Positions 7,175 through 16,518 of a DNA stretch of 57,571 nucleotides are shown here, piece by piece. The stretch covers positions 1-57,571 of the forward strand of contig WRDS01000001.1 of NCBI GenBank assembly GCA_009779675.1. The letters are read 5' to 3'. Position 1 is the stretch's first letter, and every line of letters starts with the position of its first letter. The stretch is from Coriobacteriia bacterium. Its GTDB lineage: Bacteria; Actinomycetota; Coriobacteriia; Anaerosomatales; PHET01. The notes beneath the pieces are model-generated. The model was not told the origin of the DNA. It worked only from the letters and a program-made list of their open reading frames with translations, and made no database searches. A program made the position numbers and the translations under genes.

Positions 7175-10100
7175 TCAGTCGATCAGCATCGCCCGCAGCT
7201 TGTTCATGACACTCTCGGAGACCACATTGTCCCCGCCATAGATCTGGATGTCTGGCTTGATGCCCCCGTACGCGCCTGACAGGTAGCCCTCCCAGTTCTG
7301 GGAGAGCGCGTCTGGCGTGGTGAGCACGAGTATGCCGCCACGCTCGCCTGTCGCAGCCCCTCCGGCAAGCGCGTCAGGGAAGTTCAACCCTGTGGCCACA
7401 CCGATGAAGTTCTTGGTGGCAAGCGAGTTGTCAAACGCGTGCCTTGCTATCGCCTCTGCGGTGGCGTAGCGGTCTGTGCCGGCGACACGTCTGACGGTCA
7501 GGTCCGTACCGAGGGCACCGACCTCTGCCTCGACGCTTGCAGATACCGCAGCGACAGAGCCGAGTATGGTGACATCCATGATGCCGAGAGCCTGGATGGC
7601 ACTCCCTGCAGGGGCGGGGAGCTCTGCCGGACGGGTGAGAACGACCGGCATCTTGTTTCGATACGCAAGCGGGGATGCGGCAAGCCCGTCTGCGAAGTTG
7701 TCGCCGCGGGCAAGGAACGCCTTCTTGGCAAACGAGGTGCCCTCAAGCTCTGCAACCTTGTCTGCAATAGCAGTGCTCGTGGCGTAGCGGTCGGCACCGG
7801 CGATGCGCTCGACGTTTATGCCTGCCTCGCCAAGCAGGCCTTCTACTGCGTTAGAGACCGCTGCAGAAGAGCCCATGATGTAGGCTTGTTTTGCACCGAG
7901 GCGATTGATCTCGCCAAGCACACCGGTGCTCAAGGACTCGGTCCTCGTAAGCAGAAGTGGGGCGGAAAGCGAGCCTGCGAGCGCGCTTGCAGAAAGCGCG
8001 TCTGCGTAGTTCGCACCAGTGGCTATGATGACCGCGTTAGCGGACGTGAAGTTTCTCTTGCTGACCTCGATGGCGGTCGCATAGCGGTCTGCGCCTGATA
8101 TACGGGTGATCGTGCCGCCTGAGCCGTCGCCCTTGATCCTGTGGCAGCCGTCGCAGCCGTAGGTCTCCGGCCTGATGTAGCCGTGGCTTTCAGGGGCATC
8201 ATCGTCCGTGTGCCCTGGCTCGAGGTCAGGAGCCTCCGCGATGCGGTGGCACCCGGCATCCGTGCAGCCGGTGATGACGGGGTCGGTATGGCACATGTCC
8301 TCGCACCCAGTGCTTGTGGAGTCAAAACCCGCGCCATGCACCGTCTCGGCATGTTTGTCTTTCACAGTAGCCGTGATCGGCATGTCCTCTGGCTCAGGAT
8401 CGTCAGGATCCTCGAGGGTGATGGCAAAAGTGACGGTGTTGTGCGGCTCTTCCTCGTTCTCCTCGTTGTCAACCGCCCAGAACTCGAGCGTGTAGGTGCC
8501 TTCCCTTGAGGCAGCAACAACCGCCTCGTCCCCCAGGGTCACAACCGGTTCTTCGTCGTTCAAAATGTAGGTGACCTCACGCACACCGCTTGACTCCTCG
8601 TTCCCAGGACCCTCATCGGTGGCAGTGATGGTGATCGTGGCCGTGCCGACATAGCTCGCTTCAGCATCGCAGGCCGAGGACGGAGGGGTCTTGTCAGGGA
8701 GAAGGCCCACGCGGAACACCGCTATGTTGTGCGGCTCTTCCTCGTTCTCCTCGTTGTCAACCGCCCAGAACTCGAGCGTGTGGGTGCCTTCCTCTGAGAC
8801 GGTTATCGTCGTTGTGACATCGTAGGCAGGCGCGGCACCTGTAGGTGTCACGGTCTCTACATCGCCGTCATCAACTTTGTAATAGAGCGCTGCCACGCCC
8901 GAGCCGCCCGTCTCGTCGGTCGCGGTGAGGGTGATCACCGCAGGCGCGGATGCATAGCCAAGGGCCGCATCGGAGCCAGACACCGGGGGAGTCGTGTCGG
9001 GGAGGGCCGTGACGGTAAATTTGACCTCCGTGTGCGGGAACTCCTCGTTCTCCGCGTTATCAACTGCCCAGAACTCGAGCGTGTGGATACCATCGCCTAC
9101 GACAGTGACGGTAGCCGTGACCACATACGCTGGCAAAGCGCCTGTGGGCATCACGGTCTCTATGCCGCCGTCGTCGACTTTGTAGTAGAGCGCCGCCACG
9201 CCCGAGCCGCCCGTCTCGTCGGTCGCGGTGAGGGTGATCGTGGCCATGCCGACATAGCTCGCCTCGATGTCACAGATCGTAGCAGGCGGGGTCTCATCGG
9301 GTGGCGGGCCGCTGATAAGGATCGGGGTGCTCGTGCTCACCGTTGTCTCGTTGCCGAGCTTCCCATACTCGTTGCTTCCCCACGCCCAGAGCGAACCGTC
9401 ACTTTTCGTGGCAAGAGTGTGGCTGCTTCCTGCGCTGATCGCTCTCCAGCCAATATCAGTCTCAACCTGTGTGGGGACATCCTTACCGGCACCCGAACCG
9501 CTGGTACCAATGCCGAGCTGCCCATACTCGTTGTTCCCCCAAGCCCAAAGGGAGCCGTCACGTTTTGTGCCAAAGGAGTGATACCTCCTTGCGGTGATCG
9601 CTTCCCAATCGGCACCACTCCCAATCTGGGTGGGAGCATTCTTGTTGTAAACCGAGCCGGTCGAACCGCCGCCGAGCTGTCCAGAATTGTTGTAACCCCA
9701 CGCCCAGAGCGAGCCATCGCCCTTGATGCCGAGGGAGTGGTCCTCGCCTGCAACAACCGCTTTCCAATCGGCAGCTGTTCCGGCTTTGGTCGGGATATTC
9801 CTGTTCGCAGTCGCACCGTTCGCACTGTTGCCGAGCTGCCCATAGAAGTTATATCCCCATGCCCAAAGCGTGCCGTCGTCTTTGATGGCAAGGGAGTGGC
9901 GACCTCCTGCGCTAACGTCCTGCCATGCATCGGTAGCGACCCCGATGAGGACAGGGGTGCTCGTGTTCACCGTCGTGCCGTTGCCGAGCCGACCAAACTC
10001 GTTATACCCCCATGCCCAGAGCGAGCCGTCGTCTTTTATGGCACAGGAATGATTGTCTCCTGCACTGACCGCCGTCCAGTCGTAGTCGGCCCCGATGCGA

Positions 10101-10564
10101 ACAGGGACGTTCTTGTCGTTGGCATTCGTCCCGCTCCCGCCAGTCCCATCGCCAAGCTGGCCCCAGGGGTTAAACCCCCATGCCCAGAGCGAGCCATCCT
10201 CCTTGAGCGCAAGGGAATGGCTGTGGCCTGCGCTGATCGCCTCCCAATCGGTATCGTCTCCGATCTGGGTGGGGACGTTCTTGCTTGTATTCGTACCGTC
10301 GCCGAGCTGTCCTGTCCTGTTAACCCCCCATGCCCAAAGCGTGCCGTCGTCCCTTAGGCCAAGGGAGTACCCATCCCCTGCGCTTACAGCCGTCCATTTT
10401 GCAAACGGCTGGCTTTCGGCCAGTATGGCAGCGCCCCTATCGGAACCTCCAGCCAGTGCCTCGGCATTCGACTGTCCCTGTGCAGAAGCGCTCAGGGGCG
10501 AGAGCACAAGGATCGTGGCAAGGATAAGACCGACAAGAGAACCGGATTGCCCGAACCGACGCAT
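7175..10564 (-). CDS. Secreted, cell-wall-anchored RCC1 beta-propeller protein with Ig-like modules, a Cys/His (haem-motif) linker and three CWB2 repeats
   Basis: Signal peptide 'LILATILVLSPLSASAQG'. Seven blades of 'DG(S/T)LWAWGxNxxGQLGxG'. Three Ig-like modules of about 95 aa ('TLTATDETGGSGVAALYYKVDDG..HTLEFWAVDNxENEE'). 'CEDMCH','CTDAGCH','CDGCH' motifs. Three C-terminal 'GADRYATA'-type cell wall binding repeat 2 units. Confidence 0.85.
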   Translation of the reverse strand: MRRFGQSGSLVGLILATILVLSPLSASAQGQSNAEALAGGSDRGAAILAESQPFAKWTAVSAGDGYSLGLRDDGTLWAWGVNRTGQLGDGTNTSKNVPTQIGDDTDWEAISAGHSHSLALKEDGSLWAWGFNPWGQLGDGTGGSGTNANDKNVPVRIGADYDWTAVSAGDNHSCAIKDDGSLWAWGYNEFGRLGNGTTVNTSTPVLIGVATDAWQDVSAGGRHSLAIKDDGTLWAWGYNFYGQLGNSANGATANRNIPTKAGTAADWKAVVAGEDHSLGIKGDGSLWAWGYNNSGQLGGGSTGSVYNKNAPTQIGSGADWEAITARRYHSFGTKRDGSLWAWGNNEYGQLGIGTSGSGAGKDVPTQVETDIGWRAISAGSSHTLATKSDGSLWAWGSNEYGKLGNETTVSTSTPILISGPPPDETPPATICDIEASYVGMATITLTATDETGGSGVAALYYKVDDGGIETVMPTGALPAYVVTATVTVVGDGIHTLEFWAVDNAENEEFPHTEVKFTVTALPDTTPPVSGSDAALGYASAPAVITLTATDETGGSGVAALYYKVDDGDVETVTPTGAAPAYDVTTTITVSEEGTHTLEFWAVDNEENEEEPHNIAVFRVGLLPDKTPPSSACDAEASYVGTATITITATDEGPGNEESSGVREVTYILNDEEPVVTLGDEAVVAASREGTYTLEFWAVDNEENEEEPHNTVTFAITLEDPDDPEPEDMPITATVKDKHAETVHGAGFDSTSTGCEDMCHTDPVITGCTDAGCHRIAEAPDLEPGHTDDDAPESHGYIRPETYGCDGCHRIKGDGSGGTITRISGADRYATAIEVSKRNFTSANAVIIATGANYADALSASALAGSLSAPLLLTRTESLSTGVLGEINRLGAKQAYIMGSSAAVSNAVEGLLGEAGINVERIAGADRYATSTAIADKVAELEGTSFAKKAFLARGDNFADGLAASPLAYRNKMPVVLTRPAELPAPAGSAIQALGIMDVTILGSVAAVSASVEAEVGALGTDLTVRRVAGTDRYATAEAIARHAFDNSLATKNFIGVATGLNFPDALAGGAATGERGGILVLTTPDALSQNWEGYLSGAYGGIKPDIQIYGGDNVVSESVMNKLRAMLID
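8420..9292 (-). repeat. Intragenic tandem triplication (about 280-bp units) encoding the Ig-like modules
   Basis: Near-identical DNA blocks such as 'gttgtgcggctcttcctcgttctcctcgttgtcaaccgcccagaactcgagcgtgt' recur at about 8440 and 8720, with a diverged copy near 9030. 'gccacgcccgagccgcccgtctcgtcggtcgcggtgagggtgatc' recurs at about 8893 and 9194. Confidence 0.8.
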
Positions 10565-10625
10565 TATGGACCACTCCTTTTGATCTTGGCCTACTTTTCA
10601 AGCGATCAGTTGTTTTTTCGTGGGC

Positions 10626-10676
10626 AGAACCTGTGCTGGCGCGGAACCTGTACTAACGCAAAGAACCTGCACTGGC
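10626..10676. promoter_or_regulatory. Three direct repeats RGAACCTGYRCTRRC upstream of the RCC1 wall protein gene
   Basis: AGAACCTGTGCTGGC (10626-10640), GGAACCTGTACTAAC (10643-10657) and AGAACCTGCACTGGC (10662-10676), lying 60-110 nt upstream of the start at 10564. Confidence 0.35.
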
Positions 10677-10684
10677 TCACCGAC

Positions 10685-13219
10685 TCAGAGTTGTACCAAC
10701 TCGGAGTTCTTCACCCGTTTATACAGTATTTCGGCAATATTCGGGTGACACGTGAAAAACAATACCTGTCGCTCGGAGGCGAGCGCGGCGATTGCGGCTG
10801 CCGCTTCTGCCCGACGAGCCGGATCAAAGTTCACAACCACATCGTCCATGAGGATAGGAAGCGAGCGCCCAAGCCCGCCTAAAGAGCCGATGAGCCCCAC
10901 GCGCAACGCCAGATACAGCTGCTCGGCAGTCCCGCGAGAGAGCTCACGGGTGGATCGCACGGCACCATCATGGGCAACAGCCGAGATCTCCTTGCCGTCG
11001 ATCCGCACACGGAGATCGGAGTAGCGGCCCTCGGTCATCGCCGAGAACACCTGCGCCGCACGCATCACGACCTCGGGTTGCCGCTCCCGCTCAAAGCGCT
11101 CACACGCACGGTCCATAAGCCTCACGGCAAGCCCGGCCACAAGGAAGCGGCTGGCCGCCTCGTCTGCCTCGACCCGCAAGCCCTCGAGTTCCTGTCGTGC
11201 ACTGGCCAGTGCGTCGTCACGTCCCTGCTCGTCGATGCGCGCGCTTAGGCTGGCCTCGTCGCGGCATGCCTGCTCATGGCGCTCCCGCACGTGATCGAAG
11301 TCTGCGGCCAGGCTCGCCGCACGGGCTGCCAGCTCGTCCGCCACCTCATGCGGCGAGAGCCCCGCTGCCCCTGCCAAGCCGTACTCGCTCGCAATGGCCT
11401 CGGCCTCTGAGGCAAGCGCATCGTGCTGATGCGCAAGATCCCGGTGCCTTGCTTCTGCCGCCTCCAGCTGCCCCGCGAGCTGCTTGCGCTCGTCTGCCAC
11501 TTCCGCCGCACGCTTCACCGCAACCCGCACGCGCTCTGCAAGCCCTAATGCCGCTGTCAACTCCGGCACCTGGGCGAATGCAGGATCGACCAGCCCGGCT
11601 GCCTCGACCAGCCGCAGGACCCACGCCTCGGCAATTTTGCGGCCATTCGCCGCCGCCGCTTCTATGCGCTCATGCTCGGACGCAAAGCCATCGCGCTCCC
11701 GGATCTGCTCAAGCAGGCCGATCACCGCCAGCGGGTCGTCCCCAAAAGCATCGAGCGAGTGCTCCTCAAGCCATGACCTCCACCTTAAGGCGGCCTGATC
11801 CTGCGCGTCTTTTGCCCGCTGGACAGCTTGGGCCGCCGACGTGACATCGGCTCGCAGGCGCAAGACCTTCCCAGACGTCTCCTCTGACGACGACTGGTTG
11901 GACGAATGCGGCCTCGCGCCGATAAGGGCGCATACCGAGGCAAACACCAATATCACGCCGCCAAAAACGGCTGCCATCGTCTGGTGCATCAGCGCGCCGA
12001 CAAGAGCAGCCCCTGCGCCGAGCGCCGCCAAGGCCACCCCGATCCAAAGGATCGTACGGTCTGGGCGCTCCTTTTGCGCCGGCGCATCAGCAACAACCGC
12101 CTCTTCGCGGGCCAAGTCGTCCTCGGCGGCTCTCATCGCCTGCTGTCGATGCTCGAGATCGCGGCGCGCATCATTCAGGCGGTCCTTCCACCTATCGACC
12201 GCTACCCGCAGCTCGGGCGAATCAGCCGCATCCGCAGGCAGTCGGCCAAAAGCTCGCTTGCGCCGAGCGGTTTCTGCAGCCTGCTCGTCCAAGCTGGCTA
12301 TCTGTGCAAGCCGCTCGCGGAATGCAGATGCGTCCTCAAGGACCGCCTGGACTGCAGGTGCCGCTGCCAGGGCGTTCTCATCGACCACCAGCAACTCGGA
12401 CTTGCGACGCACTCTCTCGGCCTCGGCCTCGGCTCCCTTAAGCTCATCGGCCAGCCGCGTAAGCTGCTCAGCCCTGTCTGCGGCCCGCTCCTGCAAGCGC
12501 CCAAGCAGACCCAGCCGCCCGCCGAGCGCGTCACGCTCCTCTTTGAGCCGTGCAGCCTGTGCCCTGAGCCTCTCCAGGCGATCCTGCTCGCCAGATGCCA
12601 CCGCAGCATCCCGCTCAAGCTCTCGGATCCGCTTGCGCACTTCGCTAAGGCGAGAGGCAAGCCGGTTGATCTCCTGGTTCTTGCCACGCTGCTTGTAGAG
12701 GGACTCGGCTTCGACCGCAAGCTTGCTGCGGATGTCCACCGGGTTGACCGCAAGCCCCGTTGTCGCCGCATACAACCGGCCTACAACGTCCTCGCTCCCG
12801 CCGCTTTCTATCTCGGCAAGCTCGTCCAAGCCAAAACCGAACACCACGCGGTACTCTTCTTTTGACACCCCGCCCGTTATCTCGCCGAGAAGCCCAGGAC
12901 GCTCCGACCCTCTGCGCGCAACAACCTTCACAAGCCCTCGGTCCTTGCCCTCGAACCGCTCGATAGCCCACTCCCCGCCCGCAGACTCGAACACCAGCCG
13001 CCCATGACGGGATCCCGCCGACGGCGAATAGGAACGCTCCTTTTCCCGGCGGTCGGGAAAACCATAGAGCACATGCCTGACAAGGGCGGCAAGCGTCGAT
13101 TTGCCTGACTCGTTCGGGCCGAGCACGACAGTAAGCCCATCGCCAGGTACTTCTAGGCGGGCCCCCTCAAGGGCACCGTAGCGCACTGCCTCGGCTGACC
13201 GCAGCCTCACCGGATCCAT
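10685..13219 (-). CDS. AAA/SMC-like ATPase, YhaN/SbcC-like
   Basis: Walker A 'GPNESGKST'. Long Ala/Glu/Arg coiled-coil interrupted by two hydrophobic helices ('ILWIGVALAALGAGAALVGAL','AAVFGGVILVFASVCALIGA'). C-terminal 'SRGTAEQLYLALR' signature and 'LPILMDDVVVNFD' Walker B. Confidence 0.75.
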   Translation of the reverse strand: MDPVRLRSAEAVRYGALEGARLEVPGDGLTVVLGPNESGKSTLAALVRHVLYGFPDRREKERSYSPSAGSRHGRLVFESAGGEWAIERFEGKDRGLVKVVARRGSERPGLLGEITGGVSKEEYRVVFGFGLDELAEIESGGSEDVVGRLYAATTGLAVNPVDIRSKLAVEAESLYKQRGKNQEINRLASRLSEVRKRIRELERDAAVASGEQDRLERLRAQAARLKEERDALGGRLGLLGRLQERAADRAEQLTRLADELKGAEAEAERVRRKSELLVVDENALAAAPAVQAVLEDASAFRERLAQIASLDEQAAETARRKRAFGRLPADAADSPELRVAVDRWKDRLNDARRDLEHRQQAMRAAEDDLAREEAVVADAPAQKERPDRTILWIGVALAALGAGAALVGALMHQTMAAVFGGVILVFASVCALIGARPHSSNQSSSEETSGKVLRLRADVTSAAQAVQRAKDAQDQAALRWRSWLEEHSLDAFGDDPLAVIGLLEQIRERDGFASEHERIEAAAANGRKIAEAWVLRLVEAAGLVDPAFAQVPELTAALGLAERVRVAVKRAAEVADERKQLAGQLEAAEARHRDLAHQHDALASEAEAIASEYGLAGAAGLSPHEVADELAARAASLAADFDHVRERHEQACRDEASLSARIDEQGRDDALASARQELEGLRVEADEAASRFLVAGLAVRLMDRACERFERERQPEVVMRAAQVFSAMTEGRYSDLRVRIDGKEISAVAHDGAVRSTRELSRGTAEQLYLALRVGLIGSLGGLGRSLPILMDDVVVNFDPARRAEAAAAIAALASERQVLFFTCHPNIAEILYKRVKNSELVQL

Positions 13220-14682
13220 CAGCTTTCACCGTCCCCGGGGAGCAGCCGGCTTAAAACGAGGTCGCGTGCGTGCGCGAGCGCAAGAGAGTGCGCGTGGTCG
13301 GGAGGGTGCGCGTGTGCAACAGCGTGCGTGTGCACGGAGGGGTGCGTGTCAGGGGTGTGCGTGTCGGGGGTGTGCGTGTGCTCGGGAAGATGCGCGTACC
13401 CAGAAACTGCCGTAACAGGCAAGCCGAGCGCCTTCTCAACCGGCCCTGTCACCTCGGCAACGAGCTGCGCAAGCGCGCAGGGATCCTTTGAAAGCTCGTC
13501 GGCAATGCGCACAAGCTCGGTCGCAAAGCCTCCACCGGAACGGATGCTGCCAAGGTCGAGCGGCGAGGATGTCTCCACACGGAGCCTGTCGATCCAGACC
13601 CATGGCTGGATGTATGACTGCTCGACCCGTAAGTCATCGAGCAGCTCGCCGACCACTCCCGGTCGCAGCAACACCTCATGGAGAGGCGTGGCTCCCGTGA
13701 GCAAGAAGCGTGCTATCACCGGGCGACCGTACTGGTCGCGCAGTCGGCTACATTCCTGCCCGAGCATGGAGCGCAGGCCGTCTATGGTCGCCGCCTGAGC
13801 GGTCGCGGGCTGCATGGCCGCAGGCTGCGCGGCCACCGCTTCAGTTGGTTGCACGATTGCAGGCTGAGCAGTCGTCGCCTGCGAGGTCACAGGCTGCAGC
13901 TGCACGGTCACCTGTTCCCAGATCACGCGTGCGGCCTCGACCCGCTCTACCCCGGTCACCTGCCCGTTCTCGGCGTGCACAACCACACACCCCCGTTGCC
14001 CGATCCCCCTTGGGCTCAGCCCTTGCGGGTTCCCCGGGTAGACGATCCACGGATCCTCACACAGCACCCCGTACGTGTGGACGTGGCCGAGCGCCCAGTA
14101 GTCCATCCCAGCCGCCCGGAGATCGTCCAGCGATGCAGGCGCGTACGGGTCATAATCCGTGTTGCCGCCTGCATTCGCGTGCAGCACGCCCACCGCGAGC
14201 GGCTCGTCGCCGCTGCGGCGAAAGCCGAGCGCGAGGTTCGCCGTCTCGGCCGAGCGCCCGAAGCTTTGCCCGTACACAGCAGCAATCACCTCGCCGTCCC
14301 GCAATACCGCGTAGCGCTCGACCGCCTTTGCACCAAACACGTGAACGCCCTCGGGCAGTTCCTGCTCGGCCACCTGGTCGGTAAGCGGATCGTGGTTGCC
14401 GTGCGCAATAAACACCTGGATGCCCGCGTCCGCAAGGCGACACAGTTGCTCTCGGAAGCGCCACTGCGCCCGAAGACCCCTTTCCGCACCATCGTATACG
14501 TCACCGGCGATGACGAGAAAGTCCGCCTCGCGCCCGATGCAGGTGTCTACAACCGCCGAGAAGGCCGCGTACGTCGCCTCGGCAAGCTCCGCGCCTATCT
14601 GCGGGTCGTCGGCGCAAAGCCCTTTGAACGGCGCAGCCAGATGCAGGTCCGCCGTATGTACAAACGTAACGCTTCTGCTCAC
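13219..14682 (-). CDS. Metallophosphoesterase DNA-repair exonuclease, SbcD/YhaO-like
   Basis: 'FVHTADLHL','VIAGDVYD','AHGNHD','LGHVH' calcineurin-like motifs. TGATG 1-nt overlap with the downstream ATPase. His/Thr/Pro-rich C-terminal tail 'HTHTPDTHTPDTHPSVHTHAVAHAHPPDHAH'. Confidence 0.75.
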   Translation of the reverse strand: MSRSVTFVHTADLHLAAPFKGLCADDPQIGAELAEATYAAFSAVVDTCIGREADFLVIAGDVYDGAERGLRAQWRFREQLCRLADAGIQVFIAHGNHDPLTDQVAEQELPEGVHVFGAKAVERYAVLRDGEVIAAVYGQSFGRSAETANLALGFRRSGDEPLAVGVLHANAGGNTDYDPYAPASLDDLRAAGMDYWALGHVHTYGVLCEDPWIVYPGNPQGLSPRGIGQRGCVVVHAENGQVTGVERVEAARVIWEQVTVQLQPVTSQATTAQPAIVQPTEAVAAQPAAMQPATAQAATIDGLRSMLGQECSRLRDQYGRPVIARFLLTGATPLHEVLLRPGVVGELLDDLRVEQSYIQPWVWIDRLRVETSSPLDLGSIRSGGGFATELVRIADELSKDPCALAQLVAEVTGPVEKALGLPVTAVSGYAHLPEHTHTPDTHTPDTHPSVHTHAVAHAHPPDHAHSLALAHARDLVLSRLLPGDGES

Positions 14683-14691
14683 GTGCCTCCT

Positions 14692-15438
14692 TTACACCCG
14701 ACGCCACCTTGTGAGCCACGCCTCAAGCGCATCAAGCCCCTCGTAGATCACCACGCCCATGAGCGCCATCGAGATGATCCCGGCAAACATCGATGGGTAA
14801 TCGATGCGCCCCCAAGCGTCCACGATAAACCAGCCGAGCCCCTCTGTGCCGGCAATCGACTCGGCGAAAAAAAGTACCGCGACAGCCGTTCCGCTGCTGA
14901 TCCGCAGGGCGGTGAACAGCTCCGGCAGCGCCGCTGGGAACACCACGTGCCGCATCACATCGAAGCGCCCCGCACCAAGGGAGCGCACAGAGAGCACCGT
15001 GCCTTCCGGCACCGCACGCGCCCCATCCCGCGCCGTCACAAGGACCTGGAAGAACACGATGAGCGCGATGAGCGCGACCTTGGGCGCATTGCCTAGACCG
15101 AGCAAGACGAGCAGTATCGGCAAAAAGACGACCTTCGGGATCGGGTAGGTGATGAATATGATCGGCGCAAGCACCGCATCAATCCTTGCCGAGCGACCCA
15201 CAACCAACCCGAGCGGCACCGCCAGCACGGTCCCGATAAGCATCGCCACGAGCACCCGGGCAAACGACCGCAGCCCATGCGGCCAAAGTCCGGGCAGCAG
15301 CCGGACAAAAGCCGGCACCGCAGCGGAAGGGCGGGGAAGGGCGGGGGAGCCCAGCGCGATCGCCGCAAGCTCCCAGATCGCCGCAAGCGCAAGCGCCCCG
15401 GCAATATACCCCATCACCTTCCGCATCGTGCTTCCCAT
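14692..15438 (-). CDS. ABC transporter permease (NitT/TauT nitrate/sulfonate/bicarbonate-type)
   Basis: Start trimmed to ATG 15438, directly after the ATPase stop. Six hydrophobic helices. Family-like 'FFAESIAGTEGLGWFIVDAW'. Confidence 0.7.
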   Translation of the reverse strand: MGSTMRKVMGYIAGALALAAIWELAAIALGSPALPRPSAAVPAFVRLLPGLWPHGLRSFARVLVAMLIGTVLAVPLGLVVGRSARIDAVLAPIIFITYPIPKVVFLPILLVLLGLGNAPKVALIALIVFFQVLVTARDGARAVPEGTVLSVRSLGAGRFDVMRHVVFPAALPELFTALRISSGTAVAVLFFAESIAGTEGLGWFIVDAWGRIDYPSMFAGIISMALMGVVIYEGLDALEAWLTRWRRV

Positions 15439-15440
15439 CG

Positions 15441-16364
15441 CTAAGACACTGCTCCCTGCTCGGCGGGCTGCTGGCTCCCGGCGGGCTGCTGACCCTCGGC
15501 AAGATGTCGGCGCGCAGCCGCCAGCAGCACGCGCAGCCGCCCGCAAGCCTCAAAAAACGTCGGGCTCTGACGATACCCAGGCTCACCCATATCGGGGTTC
15601 TCGACGACCGCACACACACTACCAGGCCGCGCTGACATCACGATGATCCGCCGGCCCAAAAAGACCGCCTCCTCGATCGAATGCGTAACGAGCACTTGCG
15701 CATGCCCGCGCTGGATCCAGAGCTTGAGAAGTGTGTTCTGGACATCCTCGCGCGTCAGGGCATCGAGCGCCGAGAGGGGCTCGTCCATGAGCAGCAGCCC
15801 CGCGTTGAGCGCAACCGCCCGCGCAAGCCCCACGCGCTGGCGCATGCCCCCCGACAGCTCGCCAGGATACGCACGCACGAAGTCGCCGAGGCCGAGGTGC
15901 ACAAGCGCCTCGCGCACCTGCTCCCTCGCGTGCTTTCTGCTCGCACCGCGGATCAACAGGCCGAGGCCGGCGTTGTCCTCGACGGTCTTCCAGGGCAAAA
16001 GCCCATGCTCCTGCAATATGAGCGCCGTTCCCAGGCTCGGGGCGGACACCTCGGCCCCATGCGCTTGCACGCCCCCGTGCGTGGGGCGAAGCAGCCCGGC
16101 TGCGAGCAGAAGCATCGTTGACTTGCCGCATCCGCTCGGCCCGATCACCGCAACGGACTCCCCGGGCGCGACCGAGAACGTGAGCCCAGAGAGTGCCTCT
16201 ACCTGGCGTCCGACCCCAGCGTAGACGAAGCTGGCGTCGGAAAAGGCGAGCACCGGTGTTGGGACTGCATCTGCAAACGTGGTTGCTGTCGCGCCCACAG
16301 GCGCACCCGCGCCGGTGCCCGCAGGAGCAGATGCCGCGATGTCGTGTTGTCCTCTAACGTCCAA
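15441..16364 (-). CDS. ABC transporter ATP-binding protein (NitT/TauT-type)
   Basis: 'GPSGCGKST' Walker A, 'LSGGMRQRVGLARA' signature, 'LLMDEPLSALD' Walker B. No substrate-binding protein gene is adjacent. Confidence 0.8.
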   Translation of the reverse strand: MDVRGQHDIAASAPAGTGAGAPVGATATTFADAVPTPVLAFSDASFVYAGVGRQVEALSGLTFSVAPGESVAVIGPSGCGKSTMLLLAAGLLRPTHGGVQAHGAEVSAPSLGTALILQEHGLLPWKTVEDNAGLGLLIRGASRKHAREQVREALVHLGLGDFVRAYPGELSGGMRQRVGLARAVALNAGLLLMDEPLSALDALTREDVQNTLLKLWIQRGHAQVLVTHSIEEAVFLGRRIIVMSARPGSVCAVVENPDMGEPGYRQSPTFFEACGRLRVLLAAARRHLAEGQQPAGSQQPAEQGAVS

Positions 16365-16401
16365 CCGAAGTCCTGTTCAATCTGAGCCTACTACTTAACC
16401 C

Positions 16402-16454
16402 GACTTTTGCCGCACTCCCAACTTTTGTCGCGTTCAGTTATACCGTTTTGTCGG
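16402..16454. promoter_or_regulatory. Three direct repeats ACTTTTGYCGC-like in a divergent promoter region
   Basis: GACTTTTGCCGC (16402-16413), AACTTTTGTCGC (16420-16431) and CCGTTTTGTCGG (16443-16454), between the ABC operon start (16364, minus) and the HAD gene (plus). Confidence 0.3.
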
Positions 16455-16518
16455 CCTTATGGTAAGACGGCATGTCTCTGTCGCGCCTTTCATCACGCAG
16501 ACGTTGTATCATCATTGC

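Noticed and set aside
9032-10357. Very long ORFs antisense to recognised genes, for example 9032..10357(+), 13678..15096(+), 39815..41410(+), 53874..55445(+), 56479..57561(+), 11906..12865(+) and 45467..46198(-).
   Set aside because: These are typical high-GC shadow ORFs. Their translations are Arg/Ala/Pro/Gly-rich with no family motifs, and each lies opposite a gene with unambiguous conserved motifs (RCC1 protein, SbcD-like, cytochrome, gyrB, recF/dciA, SbcC-like, BFN).
10685-14682. The SbcC-like ATPase plus SbcD-like nuclease pair as an anti-phage defence module.
   Set aside because: The architecture (coiled-coil ATPase with internal TM hairpin plus calcineurin-like nuclease, overlapping genes) matches the widespread YhaO/YhaN housekeeping pair. 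Composition is native, and there are no neighbouring mobile or defence genes.
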